In this document: piece by piece, positions 17,623 to 27,275 of the stretch
Layout: each line of letters begins with the position of its first letter
Numbering within the stretch: the stretch's first letter is position 1
Assembly: GCA_029887795.1 (NCBI GenBank)
Contig: JARXPE010000001.1
Location: forward strand, 1,386 to 65,385
Direction of reading: 5' to 3'
Length of the DNA: 64,000 nt
Origin: Thermoproteota archaeon
Lineage (GTDB): Archaea > Thermoproteota > Methanomethylicia > Methanomethylicales > Methanomethylicaceae
Notes under the pieces: generated by a model
Told to the model about the DNA's origin: nothing
Database searches by the model: none
What the model saw: the letters and a program-made list of their open reading frames with translations, nothing else
Program-made: the position numbers and the translations under genes

Positions 17623-18361
17623 GCTTTCAGGGCTTTACGCGCTATGGTACCGAGAAGTGAAGGTATTCCTTAGGGAGAGATCTAGGATAGTCTCATCGAT
17701 TGTGAACCCCATTATTTGGCTGATCGCCTTTGGTGGAGGGTTGGGCTCAACCATATCTTTCGGCGGTGCAGACTACCAGACATTCATTTTTCCGGGGGTT
17801 TTGATGCTAACGGTGCTTTTTACATCAATATTCTTTGGGCTCTACATAGTATGGGACAAAAGGATGGACTTCTTCAAGGAGGTGATGGTTGCACCCCTCA
17901 GCAGAATCACACTCTTCACCGGTAAGATGATGGGCGGCTGCACGGATTCGCTCTTGCAGGGGTCGTTCTTAATCGTGATTGGGTTGTTCTTTAACATTAA
18001 ATATACCCTTTACTCCCTGATTGTGGTAATACTTTTCTTGCTATTCCTCTCTGCCGCCACTACGAGTTTGGGTCTGGCTATAGGGGCGCAGATGAGCAGT
18101 TTTGAAGGTTTCGGTTTGATTCAGAGCTTTGTGATAATGCCACTCTTCTTCCTCTCTGGAGCACTGTATCCTCTTGAAAACCTCCCGGCATGGCTGCTAG
18201 TTGTGACCAGGGTTAATCCACTAACATATATAGTGGACGGAATGAGGGGAGCGTTATTGGGGCTCAATCATTTTCCGATCTGGATGGACCTGGGAGTAGC
18301 GCTGGTGTTTATGATCACCATGATTTTAGCGGGTACCTTGAGCTTCATGAGAATGCGCTAG
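17615..18361 (+). CDS. ABC-2 family transporter permease
   Basis: Six-TM permease, 248 aa. 8-nt overlap with the upstream ATPase. Confidence 0.7.
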   Translation: MGELSGLYALWYREVKVFLRERSRIVSSIVNPIIWLIAFGGGLGSTISFGGADYQTFIFPGVLMLTVLFTSIFFGLYIVWDKRMDFFKEVMVAPLSRITLFTGKMMGGCTDSLLQGSFLIVIGLFFNIKYTLYSLIVVILFLLFLSAATTSLGLAIGAQMSSFEGFGLIQSFVIMPLFFLSGALYPLENLPAWLLVVTRVNPLTYIVDGMRGALLGLNHFPIWMDLGVALVFMITMILAGTLSFMRMR

Positions 18362-18383
18362 ACGTAAAAGAAAGAAGTGAGAT

Positions 18384-19079
18384 TTGATGTTTAAGGTCAC
18401 AATATCAAGGGTTTTTAAAAGAACAGAAGATGTCATGAGTTTTCAGTTCAGCAAACCTCAGGCATTCGAGTTCTTACCTGGGCAGTACCTCTTGGTATCT
18501 GTTCCAAAAAATGGGAAGGTCCTGACGAAGCCCCTCTCCATCTCAAGTAGTCCCACAGAGGATTTTTTAGAAGTTACGAAAAGGATTACTGGGCACGAGT
18601 TCTCTAACGTGATGGCAGAACTTCGCGTGGGTGATGAGATCTTTATCGATGGACCCAATGGCAACTTCACCTTTAAGGGAGAATATCCAAAAGTCGGGAT
18701 GCTGGCAGGGGGCATAGGAATAACACCCCTCATGAGCATGATGAAGTATTGTACTCATAGGAGGATCCAGTCCAACATTATATTGCTTTATGGAAACAGA
18801 TCAGAGGACAACATACCGTTCTTTGAGGATTTGAATCGATTGGCAAAAGATAACAACAACCTCAGGATTGTTCACACACTCTCCCGTGCAGGAGATTCCT
18901 GGAAGGGCAGAAGGGGGCACGTGGACTCTGAAATGATCAAGGAGCACATACAAGATTACCAGGAGAGGGTCTTTTACGTGTCTGGACCTCCAGGTCTTGT
19001 AAAGGACTGCGTTCAACACTTGAGATCTCTAGGGGTAATAGATGAAAGGATTAGGACTGAAAACTTCGTCGGCTACTGA
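18384..19079 (+). CDS. FAD/NAD(P)-binding ferredoxin-reductase-type oxidoreductase
   Basis: FNR-like two-domain pattern: 'PLSISS' FAD site and 'GGIGITPL' NAD(P) site. 231 aa. Confidence 0.6.
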   Translation: MMFKVTISRVFKRTEDVMSFQFSKPQAFEFLPGQYLLVSVPKNGKVLTKPLSISSSPTEDFLEVTKRITGHEFSNVMAELRVGDEIFIDGPNGNFTFKGEYPKVGMLAGGIGITPLMSMMKYCTHRRIQSNIILLYGNRSEDNIPFFEDLNRLAKDNNNLRIVHTLSRAGDSWKGRRGHVDSEMIKEHIQDYQERVFYVSGPPGLVKDCVQHLRSLGVIDERIRTENFVGY

Positions 19080-20455
19080 CGCGGCTCAAAGAGGCTCGCA
19101 GCAGCTCGATCAACGACTTCTGACAATGCAGGGTGGATGTGAACGGCCCTCCTGATGTTTTCCAAGGTGCCATCCCCGCACCTCATAGCGACCAGAACCT
19201 CGTGTATGAGAACTGAGGCGTCGTGTCCAAGGATGTGGCATCCGAGAATCTTTCCGGATTTACGGTCCACTAAGAACTTTACGAAACCTTCATCATCCCC
19301 GATTGCCTTTCCCATACCCGTTCCAGCATACCTATAGAAACCGATCAGGTAGTCGGCACCCTCAGACCTAAGCTGTTGTTCTGTCTTCCCGACACCGGCG
19401 ATTTGTGGGTTTGTGAAGACCGCGTGCGGTATTGCGGTATAGTCAACAGGAACCATGGCGTCGGGGTGAATTATGTTGTGGTAGGCGTATTCAGCCTCTA
19501 GGTTTGCAGCGTGCTTGAATTGGTATCGCCCAATGATGTCCCCCAGTGCGAATATGCCGTCGACATTGGTTCTCAGATACTCGTCCACTACGATAAAACC
19601 CCTGCTATCGGTCTTGACCCCAGTCCTTTCTAGATCAAGGAGATCGGAGTTTGGTGTCCTTCCAGCGGCTATGAGTAGTTGGTCCGAATAAATTAACCGC
19701 TGCTCTTTGGTCTCAACATTCTCGACCTTGACCTCATAGGTTCCGTTATTCTTTGAGACGCTCACGGGAGCGTGCCCTGTGAGTACGTTGAATTTTTTAG
19801 AGAATATATGAGTGAAGTGGGATGAGATCGATTCGTCCTCATTTGGCAAGAGGACTTTTCTCCTCTGCACGATATTGATCTCGGTGCCCAATGACCCGAA
19901 GAAATGGGCGAGCTCTGCTGCGATGTACCCCCCTCCAAGGATGGTTAAGATCCGGGGTTGGGTCTCAAGCCTGAGTGCTTCGTCGCTGGTTATGTATCCG
20001 GATTCTTTCAATCCAGGTATGTTGGGCACCTCTGGTCTGCTTCCGGCGGCGATAAGAATTTTCTCGGCGCGAAGCCTCTCCCCATCAACTTCGATAGTCT
20101 TCATGTCAACAAATCTGCCTATTCCCTTGTATAGGACAGGGTTTTTTGATCTTCTAAGATTCCTTTCTATTTCACGGGACTCCCTATCTACCTCATCCTT
20201 AACTCGCAAGACTATCCGCTTGAAGTCTACCTCAAAATCCTTTACATTAATTCCAAATTTATGCGCACTCCTCAAAGTCTCCATGATATCCGCGCTGTGG
20301 ATCAGCATCTTCGAAGGGATGCATCCCCTGTTGAGGCAAGTCCCGCCCAGCGGGCCCTTCTCTATTATTGCAACGCTCTTCCCGGCTTGTGAGGCAGCAA
20401 CCGCCACGTCCAGTCCAGAGCCGCTACCGACTACTATAAGATCGAATTCACGCAA
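19073..20455 (-). CDS. lpd: Dihydrolipoyl dehydrogenase-family pyridine nucleotide-disulfide oxidoreductase
   Basis: 'GGTCLNRGCIPSK' redox disulfide, two Rossmann 'GxGxxG' sites, C-terminal 'HIHPALSE' dimer-interface His motif. No C-terminal Cys pair, so it is not MerA. Confidence 0.75.
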   Translation of the reverse strand: MREFDLIVVGSGSGLDVAVAASQAGKSVAIIEKGPLGGTCLNRGCIPSKMLIHSADIMETLRSAHKFGINVKDFEVDFKRIVLRVKDEVDRESREIERNLRRSKNPVLYKGIGRFVDMKTIEVDGERLRAEKILIAAGSRPEVPNIPGLKESGYITSDEALRLETQPRILTILGGGYIAAELAHFFGSLGTEINIVQRRKVLLPNEDESISSHFTHIFSKKFNVLTGHAPVSVSKNNGTYEVKVENVETKEQRLIYSDQLLIAAGRTPNSDLLDLERTGVKTDSRGFIVVDEYLRTNVDGIFALGDIIGRYQFKHAANLEAEYAYHNIIHPDAMVPVDYTAIPHAVFTNPQIAGVGKTEQQLRSEGADYLIGFYRYAGTGMGKAIGDDEGFVKFLVDRKSGKILGCHILGHDASVLIHEVLVAMRCGDGTLENIRRAVHIHPALSEVVDRAAASLFEPRQ

Positions 20456-20563
20456 AATTCTTCCCCATTTAAAAACTTCGTGCTAAATATATATGAATTG
20501 AGTTTATTCTATTAGATTATTAAGATGTTCTAAATCTATATACACTACATGGAAGGGATAGTC

Positions 20564-21496
20564 ATGAGCGAAAGCCAACAAAGCAGAGTGTATGATGTTA
20601 TAATAGTCGGTTGCGGTCCTGCAGGCGTCTCTGCGGCGATTTATACAAAGAGAAAGATGCTTGATGTTTTGGTCATAAGCAAGGACATAGGCGGACAAGT
20701 ACTTTTAACAGGGTTTATTGAGAACTACCCAGGTTTTGAGGGGGTGCGGGGGGAGGCTTTGGTGGAGATCTTCGAGAGACAGTTAAAGGGACTTGGCGTT
20801 GATGTGAAAATTGGAGAGGTTGAGAGAGTCGAAAGGGATGGCGAGATCTTCAAAGTCATAAGTAGTGAGGGGAACTTTTCAGGAAAGGCTGTTATCGTGA
20901 CGGGCGGGAGCACCTACAAGAGGCTAAATGTCCCTGGTGAGGAAAGGCTCATTGGTAGGGGTGTTAGCTTTTGCGCAACTTGTGATGCCCCGTTCGCAAG
21001 GAATAGAGAGGTCGCTGTTGTGGGAGGGGGAAATGCAGCTCTCCAGAGCGCAGAGCTTTTGTCACGCTATGCCAAAATGGTCTACATCATCCACAGGAGA
21101 GATAAGTTCAGGGCGGACGAGGTACTTGTTGAGAGGGTGAAAAGGCATCAGAATGTCCAGTTCATTATGAATAGCGTTGTGACAGAGATCAAAGGGGACA
21201 AAAGGGTAGAAGGGATTACTGTGAAAGACAAAGAAGGAAATATTGCAGAAATGAAGCTTGACATGGTATTCATAGAGGTGGGCAGAGAGGTCAAGGCTGA
21301 TTATATTAAACATTTAGTTAGGACAAATGAGTGGGGACAGATAGTTGTGGATAGAAGACAAAGGACCTCATGTGAAGGGGTGTTCGCCGCAGGCGACATC
21401 ACGGACAGACCTTATCAGCAGGCGATAATAGCGGCAGGCGATGGCGCGGTTGCAGCCCTTTCGGCGTATGATTTCCTAACGGAAAAAGGTTATTGA
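20564..21496 (+). CDS. trxB: Thioredoxin-disulfide reductase
   Basis: 'VIIVGCGPAG' FAD site, 'CATCDAPF' active-site disulfide, 'VVGGGNAA' NADPH site. Confidence 0.8.
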   Translation: MSESQQSRVYDVIIVGCGPAGVSAAIYTKRKMLDVLVISKDIGGQVLLTGFIENYPGFEGVRGEALVEIFERQLKGLGVDVKIGEVERVERDGEIFKVISSEGNFSGKAVIVTGGSTYKRLNVPGEERLIGRGVSFCATCDAPFARNREVAVVGGGNAALQSAELLSRYAKMVYIIHRRDKFRADEVLVERVKRHQNVQFIMNSVVTEIKGDKRVEGITVKDKEGNIAEMKLDMVFIEVGREVKADYIKHLVRTNEWGQIVVDRRQRTSCEGVFAAGDITDRPYQQAIIAAGDGAVAALSAYDFLTEKGY

Positions 21497-21567
21497 ACTA
21501 AATGGTTCCAGCGTACAGGTAAGAATAATTGATGCAAAATGAAAGTTGGAAAGGGCAAGCGTTTATT

Positions 21568-22101
21568 TTAAATCATTTTTGCCAAGCTTACTGCCAATTC
21601 TGCGGCTTCCTCGGGGTTTTCTACGAAATGCATCTTTACCATACGTCGATGATCAATGAATCCATCAGGGAACATTAGTGCCAACTTGTCTGCCATCATG
21701 CCACTGCCCTTTAGAACAACTATTGGCTTTTTCAAATTGTAAGCGATCGATACCTCGGTGAGCGTCCCAACGCCTCCAGCAACGACAACGACCGCATCGC
21801 TGCTTCTGACCACAATGGAGCTTCTAGAGGTGAACGTCTGACCCGTCTTTATCTTTATAGTGTTATAAGGGTTGAACCAAGGGTGTTCTGGTCCTATATC
21901 CTCAAGCTCTCTGGCTAGTACTCCGACGGTTATGCCACCAGCCTTTCTTGCAGCTTCCGCCACCAAGGTCATAAGACCGCCATTTCCGCCTGTTATAACT
22001 ATAGCGCCTTGGGCGGCTAGCGCCTTACCCAACCTCTTGGCCTTCTCCTCAACCTCAGGCGGAACGGGATCATAGGTGGTGAGAACGCCAATTTGCACCA
22101 T
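21568..22101 (-). CDS. TIGR00725/LOG-like Rossmann-fold protein
   Basis: 'ITGGNGGLM...VVVAGGVGTLTE' pattern of the LOG/TIGR00725 family. 177 aa. Confidence 0.6.
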   Translation of the reverse strand: MVQIGVLTTYDPVPPEVEEKAKRLGKALAAQGAIVITGGNGGLMTLVAEAARKAGGITVGVLARELEDIGPEHPWFNPYNTIKIKTGQTFTSRSSIVVRSSDAVVVVAGGVGTLTEVSIAYNLKKPIVVLKGSGMMADKLALMFPDGFIDHRRMVKMHFVENPEEAAELAVSLAKMI

Positions 22102-22213
22102 GATAATTACTGCACATCCGGAAGATTTTAAGCGTGTGGGTTTTTGACTTGAAGTTGACTTTTTGTTATGAGCTTCAGTATTCGTTAAATTTCAGATAAC
22201 ATAAAAAAAGAAC

Positions 22214-22945
22214 TCAATCGATTATTACCGGAATGTTGCCCCTGTAGTGTATGACCCGCTCATTTTCAAGCGAAACTTTGAACGCCATTGTTGAAAGCCC
22301 GCGTCTTGAACCTTCCTTAACAGTTTGATAGAATAGAGGATCTGTTTCCATGTTAGGGCGTAGGCTATTTGCATCTGGTCGCATGACCACGAAAACAAGC
22401 AGAGGGCTAGCTCTGGGATACGCCAACATTCTCTCAATTTGTCGACTGCCCCTTGAAGTAGGCGCATCGGGGAATAGTGCAGTGCCTTCCCTGCAAAGCG
22501 TGCACCCCTTTACCTCGGTGATGAACCTTAACCCGTCCTTTTCTAGAAGGTAGTCAATCCTAGAATCACCACATCGCACCTCCTCGTCTATAATCTTATA
22601 ATCCAAAATTGAGAGTTCAATAGTCCTCTTCAATAGAATATTCGGCATCCTTGAATCCGTGATCACCCATAATCCTAAGGAACGGACCGCCAAAACATCA
22701 TACTGTGTTTTCCTGCCAATGCTTTGAATTTCCCTGAAGAGAACAGGGGCGCCTGGTAGGAGCAGTTCGCTGAGTCTACCAGGATCATGAAGGTGACAAG
22801 GCAGCGTTCTGCCATCATATTCCAACAAGACCGTAAAACGATTAGGTCTGGTTATGAAGGATCCCCTTCGAATTTTTCCAGGTATGTTGAGTAGAGGCAC
22901 ACGGACTGACTGTTTTACGCCCTCCATGAAAATCGCTCCCATCAA
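22214..22945 (-). CDS. sfsA: Sugar fermentation stimulation protein homolog SfsA
   Basis: 'RPNRFTVLLEYDGRTLPCHLHDPGRL' is characteristic of SfsA. 243 aa. Confidence 0.75.
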   Translation of the reverse strand: MMGAIFMEGVKQSVRVPLLNIPGKIRRGSFITRPNRFTVLLEYDGRTLPCHLHDPGRLSELLLPGAPVLFREIQSIGRKTQYDVLAVRSLGLWVITDSRMPNILLKRTIELSILDYKIIDEEVRCGDSRIDYLLEKDGLRFITEVKGCTLCREGTALFPDAPTSRGSRQIERMLAYPRASPLLVFVVMRPDANSLRPNMETDPLFYQTVKEGSRRGLSTMAFKVSLENERVIHYRGNIPVIID

Positions 22946-22985
22946 TCAATATTAGGAGGTTCCTCTTTATCATCTTTGACGGATT

Positions 22986-25877
22986 ATGGATGAAATTCTT
23001 TCTTACTTCTCCAAGCCGATTCAGAGGTTGCTAGCAGAGAGAGGGTTTGGAGAGTTCACTGAGCCCCAGAGGAGGGCTATTCCGACCATACTGGAAGGAA
23101 AGAACGTTCTGATAATTGCGCCCACTGGGACAGGCAAGACGGAGGCAGCGTTCTTGCCGATACTGGACAAGATTGTCAGGGAGGGTGGGAGGGGGGGCAT
23201 AAGGGTGCTCTACATAACGCCATTGAGGGCGTTGAACAGAGACCTCATGGAAAGGCTACAATGGTGGTGCGGAAGACTGGATCTAAGGGTTGCTGTGAGG
23301 CACGGGGATACGGAGACGAGGGAAAGGGGAAAGCAGGCGATGGCGCCCCCAGATGTTCTGATAACGACGCCCGAGACGCTACAAGCAATCCTCCCCGGAA
23401 AGAGGCTGAGGAGGCACCTCTCCAAGGTTAGGTGGGTGATAGTGGATGAGGTGCATGAACTCACAAATGACAAGAGGGGTAGCCAGCTCTCTGTAGGGCT
23501 GGAGAGGCTGAGGAGGATAACTGCGGCTGAGCCCCAGATAATCGGGCTCTCTGCTACCATAGGCTCCCCTGAGGAGGTCGCCAAGTTCTTGGTCGGCGTG
23601 GGAAGAGACTGTGAAATTGTGAGGGTCCCTGTAACAAAGGACATGGAGTTAGAGGTGGATATGCCTGAGGCGGACGAGGAGGACGTGAGGTTGGCAGAGA
23701 AGATAGCGACCTTCCCTGAGGTAGCAGCGAGGTTGAGGAGGATAAGGGAACTTGTTGAGAGATATCGTTCCACGCTGATCTTCACAAACACGAGGTCAGA
23801 GGCTGAGATCCTTGCAAGCAGGTTCAGGGTTTGGGACATGAACATGCCGGTGAGCATACATCATGGCAGCCTGGCAAAGTCCTCAAGGGTCGAGGCGGAG
23901 ACCAGCCTCAAGAGGGGAGAGCTTAAGGGCGTGGTTTGCACATCATCCTTGGAGCTTGGGATAGATATCGGAAGCATTGATCTTGTGGTCCAATACAATT
24001 CCCCGAGGCAGGCGACTAGGCTACTCCAAAGAGTTGGAAGGGCGGGGCACTGGGTGGGCGGGACCTCGAAGGGGGCAATCATCACCATGGACTCGGATGA
24101 CGCTCTGGAATCCTTGGTCATAGTCAAACGTAGCCTCAGGGAAGAGCTAGAGGAGGTTAAGATAATCCGCAAGCCCCTTGATGTTCTCGCCCACCAATTA
24201 GCAGGCTTACTCCTCGAATACGGCAGACTCACTGTTGATGATATTTTGGAGATCGTCAGGAGGGCTTATCCCTTCCAAGATCTGACAGAGGAGGAGCTCG
24301 GCGAAGTTTTGAACTACATGAGTGAGAGGAGACCTAGGCTTGCACTCTACGTGCCGGAAGAGGAGGTTGTGATAAAGACCAGACCTTACGAAAGTATCTT
24401 CAGGTATTATTTTGAGAACCTGTCAATGATACCAGAGGAGAAACACTACCTAGTAATTGACGAGGGGAAGGACGAGCCCATCGGCACGCTTGATGAGGCT
24501 TTTGTAGCAGAGTACGGCGAGCCTGGTGTGAAGTTCATAGTCAGGGGCTCGCCATGGAAGATAGTCCAAGTCTATAAAGATGTGGTTTACGTCAGGGCGG
24601 AGGAGGACCCGACAGGGGCTATACCGGACTGGGTCGGAGACGAAATACCCGTCCCCTTCGAGGTGGCACAGGAGGTCGGGAGGATAAAGGGCAGGGTTTG
24701 CGAGCTTTTGAGGCGCGGGATTCCATTCAAAGATGTGATCGAAGAGCTCAGAGCAGAGTACCCTGTATCGAAAGAACTGCTAAGTAAGGCTTTGACAGAA
24801 GTCAAGGAGCAGGCGGAAGGAAAATGGGAGGTTCCGACAGACAGGCTCATCACGGTTGAGGGGTGGGAGGGGTACGTAATAGTGAGTTGCTCCCTCGGGC
24901 TAATGATAAACAAGACGCTCTCAAGGGTACTAGCATACCTGATAACCATGAGGACTGGGAGCGGTGTGGGGGCATCTCAGGATCCCTACAGAATCTACCT
25001 GAAGACTTCGGTTGATGCTGAAATGGTGGCAGAGGTTCTGAAGAACCTCGATCCGAAAGACGTCGCCAGGTTGGCAGAGGTCTCCGTCGAGAAGACTGGA
25101 CTTTTCAGGAGGCGACTGCTCCACGTGGCAAAGAGGTTCGGAGTTGTGGAAAAGGGTGCAGACCTGAGCGATGTAGGCATGCAGCAACTAGTAGAAAGCA
25201 TGAGAGGGACTGTGATTTGGAGGGAGGCGATGAAGGAGGTTTTATTCAAGGATCTGGATGTCGAGGGACTCGAAAGATTTGCAAAGGGTCTCAAGGAAGG
25301 CACCTTCAAGGTCGTGGTTATGGACAGAGATCTCCCCTTATCGCCACTTTCAAGAGTAGGCATAAGAAAGCTGAGCTGGAAGACGGACCTAGTACCAGCC
25401 GATCGGTTGAGAAGGATCCTGATAGAGGCTGGAAAGGCTAGACTCCTGAACGAGGCAAGGATTGCGGTCTGCTCAGAGTGCTTCAGGTATGTGGAGAATG
25501 TAAAGATCAAGAGGTTTTTAGAGGGGCTTGCTTGTCCAGAGTGCGGGTCCAAGAAGATAGGTCTGGTGGATGGAGACATCCCAGAGGTTGCACAGATGGC
25601 ATCAGAGAGAGCGGAAAGGGGCAAAGTCTCTGATAAATTCAAGGAGATTTACAGGGCAGTGTTGGAGAGCGGAGAGCTAATAGGGATTTACGGGCTGCCA
25701 GCTGCCCTTGCGTTGGCAGCCAAGGGGCTTTCTAAGACTGCAATTGTGACATTGGCATCATCAAAGACGCCAGACATTGACTTTCTTGTGGATATGATCC
25801 TGAGAGAGGAAAAAGAAGTTCTAAGAAAAAGATACAAGAGAACGCATCCCCAGACTCAAACAGAAATGCAGGATTAG
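22986..25877 (+). CDS. lhr: Lhr-like large ATP-dependent DNA helicase (superfamily 2)
   Basis: 'APTGTGKT' motif I, 'DEVHEL' motif II, helicase C motifs and a long Lhr-type C-terminal region. 963 aa. Confidence 0.8.
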   Translation: MDEILSYFSKPIQRLLAERGFGEFTEPQRRAIPTILEGKNVLIIAPTGTGKTEAAFLPILDKIVREGGRGGIRVLYITPLRALNRDLMERLQWWCGRLDLRVAVRHGDTETRERGKQAMAPPDVLITTPETLQAILPGKRLRRHLSKVRWVIVDEVHELTNDKRGSQLSVGLERLRRITAAEPQIIGLSATIGSPEEVAKFLVGVGRDCEIVRVPVTKDMELEVDMPEADEEDVRLAEKIATFPEVAARLRRIRELVERYRSTLIFTNTRSEAEILASRFRVWDMNMPVSIHHGSLAKSSRVEAETSLKRGELKGVVCTSSLELGIDIGSIDLVVQYNSPRQATRLLQRVGRAGHWVGGTSKGAIITMDSDDALESLVIVKRSLREELEEVKIIRKPLDVLAHQLAGLLLEYGRLTVDDILEIVRRAYPFQDLTEEELGEVLNYMSERRPRLALYVPEEEVVIKTRPYESIFRYYFENLSMIPEEKHYLVIDEGKDEPIGTLDEAFVAEYGEPGVKFIVRGSPWKIVQVYKDVVYVRAEEDPTGAIPDWVGDEIPVPFEVAQEVGRIKGRVCELLRRGIPFKDVIEELRAEYPVSKELLSKALTEVKEQAEGKWEVPTDRLITVEGWEGYVIVSCSLGLMINKTLSRVLAYLITMRTGSGVGASQDPYRIYLKTSVDAEMVAEVLKNLDPKDVARLAEVSVEKTGLFRRRLLHVAKRFGVVEKGADLSDVGMQQLVESMRGTVIWREAMKEVLFKDLDVEGLERFAKGLKEGTFKVVVMDRDLPLSPLSRVGIRKLSWKTDLVPADRLRRILIEAGKARLLNEARIAVCSECFRYVENVKIKRFLEGLACPECGSKKIGLVDGDIPEVAQMASERAERGKVSDKFKEIYRAVLESGELIGIYGLPAALALAAKGLSKTAIVTLASSKTPDIDFLVDMILREEKEVLRKRYKRTHPQTQTEMQD

Positions 25878-26008
25878 AATCAAGGAACCGATGGAGCCTG
25901 ATCAGGGAATATTTAAACCCAATTTGCTAGTCCCTTCTGATTATGAGGGAGAAGAAGGGCATTTATTTTAAATAATTTTTTGGGCATTAATTATTAAGGT
26001 GAACGGGC

Positions 26009-26650
26009 TTGGTAACCATTAAATGGCTCGGGCATGCAGCCTTTCAGATCAGAGGTAAGGATAAGATAGTGTATTTGGACCTTGGAGAGGGAGCTAAGCC
26101 TTCAGATAAGGCAGACCTTGTACTCATTAGTCATTCCCATTGGGACCACTTTGATCCTAAGGTCATAGAGAGAGTCACGAAAGCAGATACCTTGGTAATC
26201 GCCCCGAAGGACTGTGCAAAGAGTCTGAAGGCGAATGTAAAGACCATCGAGCCTGGAGAGAGTTTGAAGATCGGCGATCTGGAGGTCATGGCTGTACATG
26301 CTTACAATGTAAAGAGGTTCAGGTCACCCGGTGTGCCCTTCCATCCCAAAGGGTTTGGTGTTGGCTATGTACTGACCATAGACGGCAAGAGCATATACCA
26401 CGCGGGAGACACCGATCTCATACCTGAGATGAAAGAGCTGAAGCGGGTGGACGTAGCTATCTTGCCAACAGGGGACACATACACGATGGACAATTCTGAG
26501 GCTGCCGAGGCGACCTTGACAATAAAGCCCAAGATAGCGATCCCAATGCACCGCTGGACCACAGATCCAGAGGAGTTCCGCAGAAAGGTCGAGGCAGGAT
26601 CTAGAGTATCAGTCAGGGTCCTAAAGGAAGGCGAAGAGATAGAGCTGTGA
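26009..26650 (+). CDS. MBL-fold metallo-hydrolase
   Basis: 'ISHSHWDH' HxHxDH metal-binding motif. 213 aa. Confidence 0.75.
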   Translation: MVTIKWLGHAAFQIRGKDKIVYLDLGEGAKPSDKADLVLISHSHWDHFDPKVIERVTKADTLVIAPKDCAKSLKANVKTIEPGESLKIGDLEVMAVHAYNVKRFRSPGVPFHPKGFGVGYVLTIDGKSIYHAGDTDLIPEMKELKRVDVAILPTGDTYTMDNSEAAEATLTIKPKIAIPMHRWTTDPEEFRRKVEAGSRVSVRVLKEGEEIEL

Positions 26651-26698
26651 GATATTCCTGTAAGGTGCCTCTAGCGTTGGTCAAATTCAGAAGGATAG

Positions 26699-27271
26699 TT
26701 AGGTCTGTTGAGGGTGAGGAGAAGACCCTGCGATAATGCTGACTAGGGTCTTACGATCTATCTCGGCGCGGGTCCTCCACCCAATGTAGAGGTTGCCTTC
26801 CTCGTCCTCATCCAAATAGCCCCTTCTTATAAACCTGTTAAGGTCCTGATCGACCTTCCAGTCTGGGAATTTTTCCTTCAGAAGCTCCTCAACTTCCCTT
26901 CTATTAGCCCTCCCCTGCTTTGAGGTTATGTAAGCCAAGGCTGCCGCCAGAACGGCAAGTGTGTCTATCCTCCAGCCTGAAAGTGAGGTCTCGCCGATCT
27001 GGAGGGGGGACTTGCAGATGACGTAAAATCGGGCCTGCTCAAGGTCGGCCTCCGTGGGCGTTTGATGGTCTAGACCGTCCTCGTAGACGATCTTTATCTC
27101 CAGCCCAAGCTCCTCCAAACGCCTCTCCAGAAGTTTTATTATCTTCATGTAATCCTTGCCCAATACCTTCCTCAGCTCCCACCCCTTCGCGCCTGGCAGA
27201 CGGTGGTGCTGGAAGAGTAGGAGCTGGGCAGCCTTCTTTAGTTTTCTAGATATGGTGACGTCCTCACTCAT
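26699..27271 (-). CDS. scpB: ScpB-like tandem winged-helix (kite) protein
   Basis: 'LKKAAQLLLF' ScpB N-terminal WH signature. Second WH 'LAVLAAALAYITSKQGRANRREVEELL...RGYL...GNLYIGWRT' matches the ScpB pattern. 190 aa. Confidence 0.6.
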   Translation of the reverse strand: MSEDVTISRKLKKAAQLLLFQHHRLPGAKGWELRKVLGKDYMKIIKLLERRLEELGLEIKIVYEDGLDHQTPTEADLEQARFYVICKSPLQIGETSLSGWRIDTLAVLAAALAYITSKQGRANRREVEELLKEKFPDWKVDQDLNRFIRRGYLDEDEEGNLYIGWRTRAEIDRKTLVSIIAGSSPHPQQT

Positions 27272-27275
27272 TCCT

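Noticed and set aside
19073-20455. Mercuric reductase (MerA) call for the pyridine nucleotide-disulfide oxidoreductase
   Set aside because: There is no N-terminal HMA domain and no C-terminal vicinal Cys pair. The C-terminal 'HIHPALSE' matches the dihydrolipoyl dehydrogenase His-Pro-x-x-x-Glu motif instead.
19812-20486. 224-aa + strand ORF inside the lpd-like gene
   Set aside because: Antisense to a CDS with clear FAD/NAD and redox-disulfide motifs. The composition is non-protein-like.
23210-25642. Several 120–215-aa minus-strand ORFs within lhr
   Set aside because: All are antisense to the 963-aa helicase ORF, which carries ordered helicase motifs. They are Ser/Thr/Leu-rich shadows.
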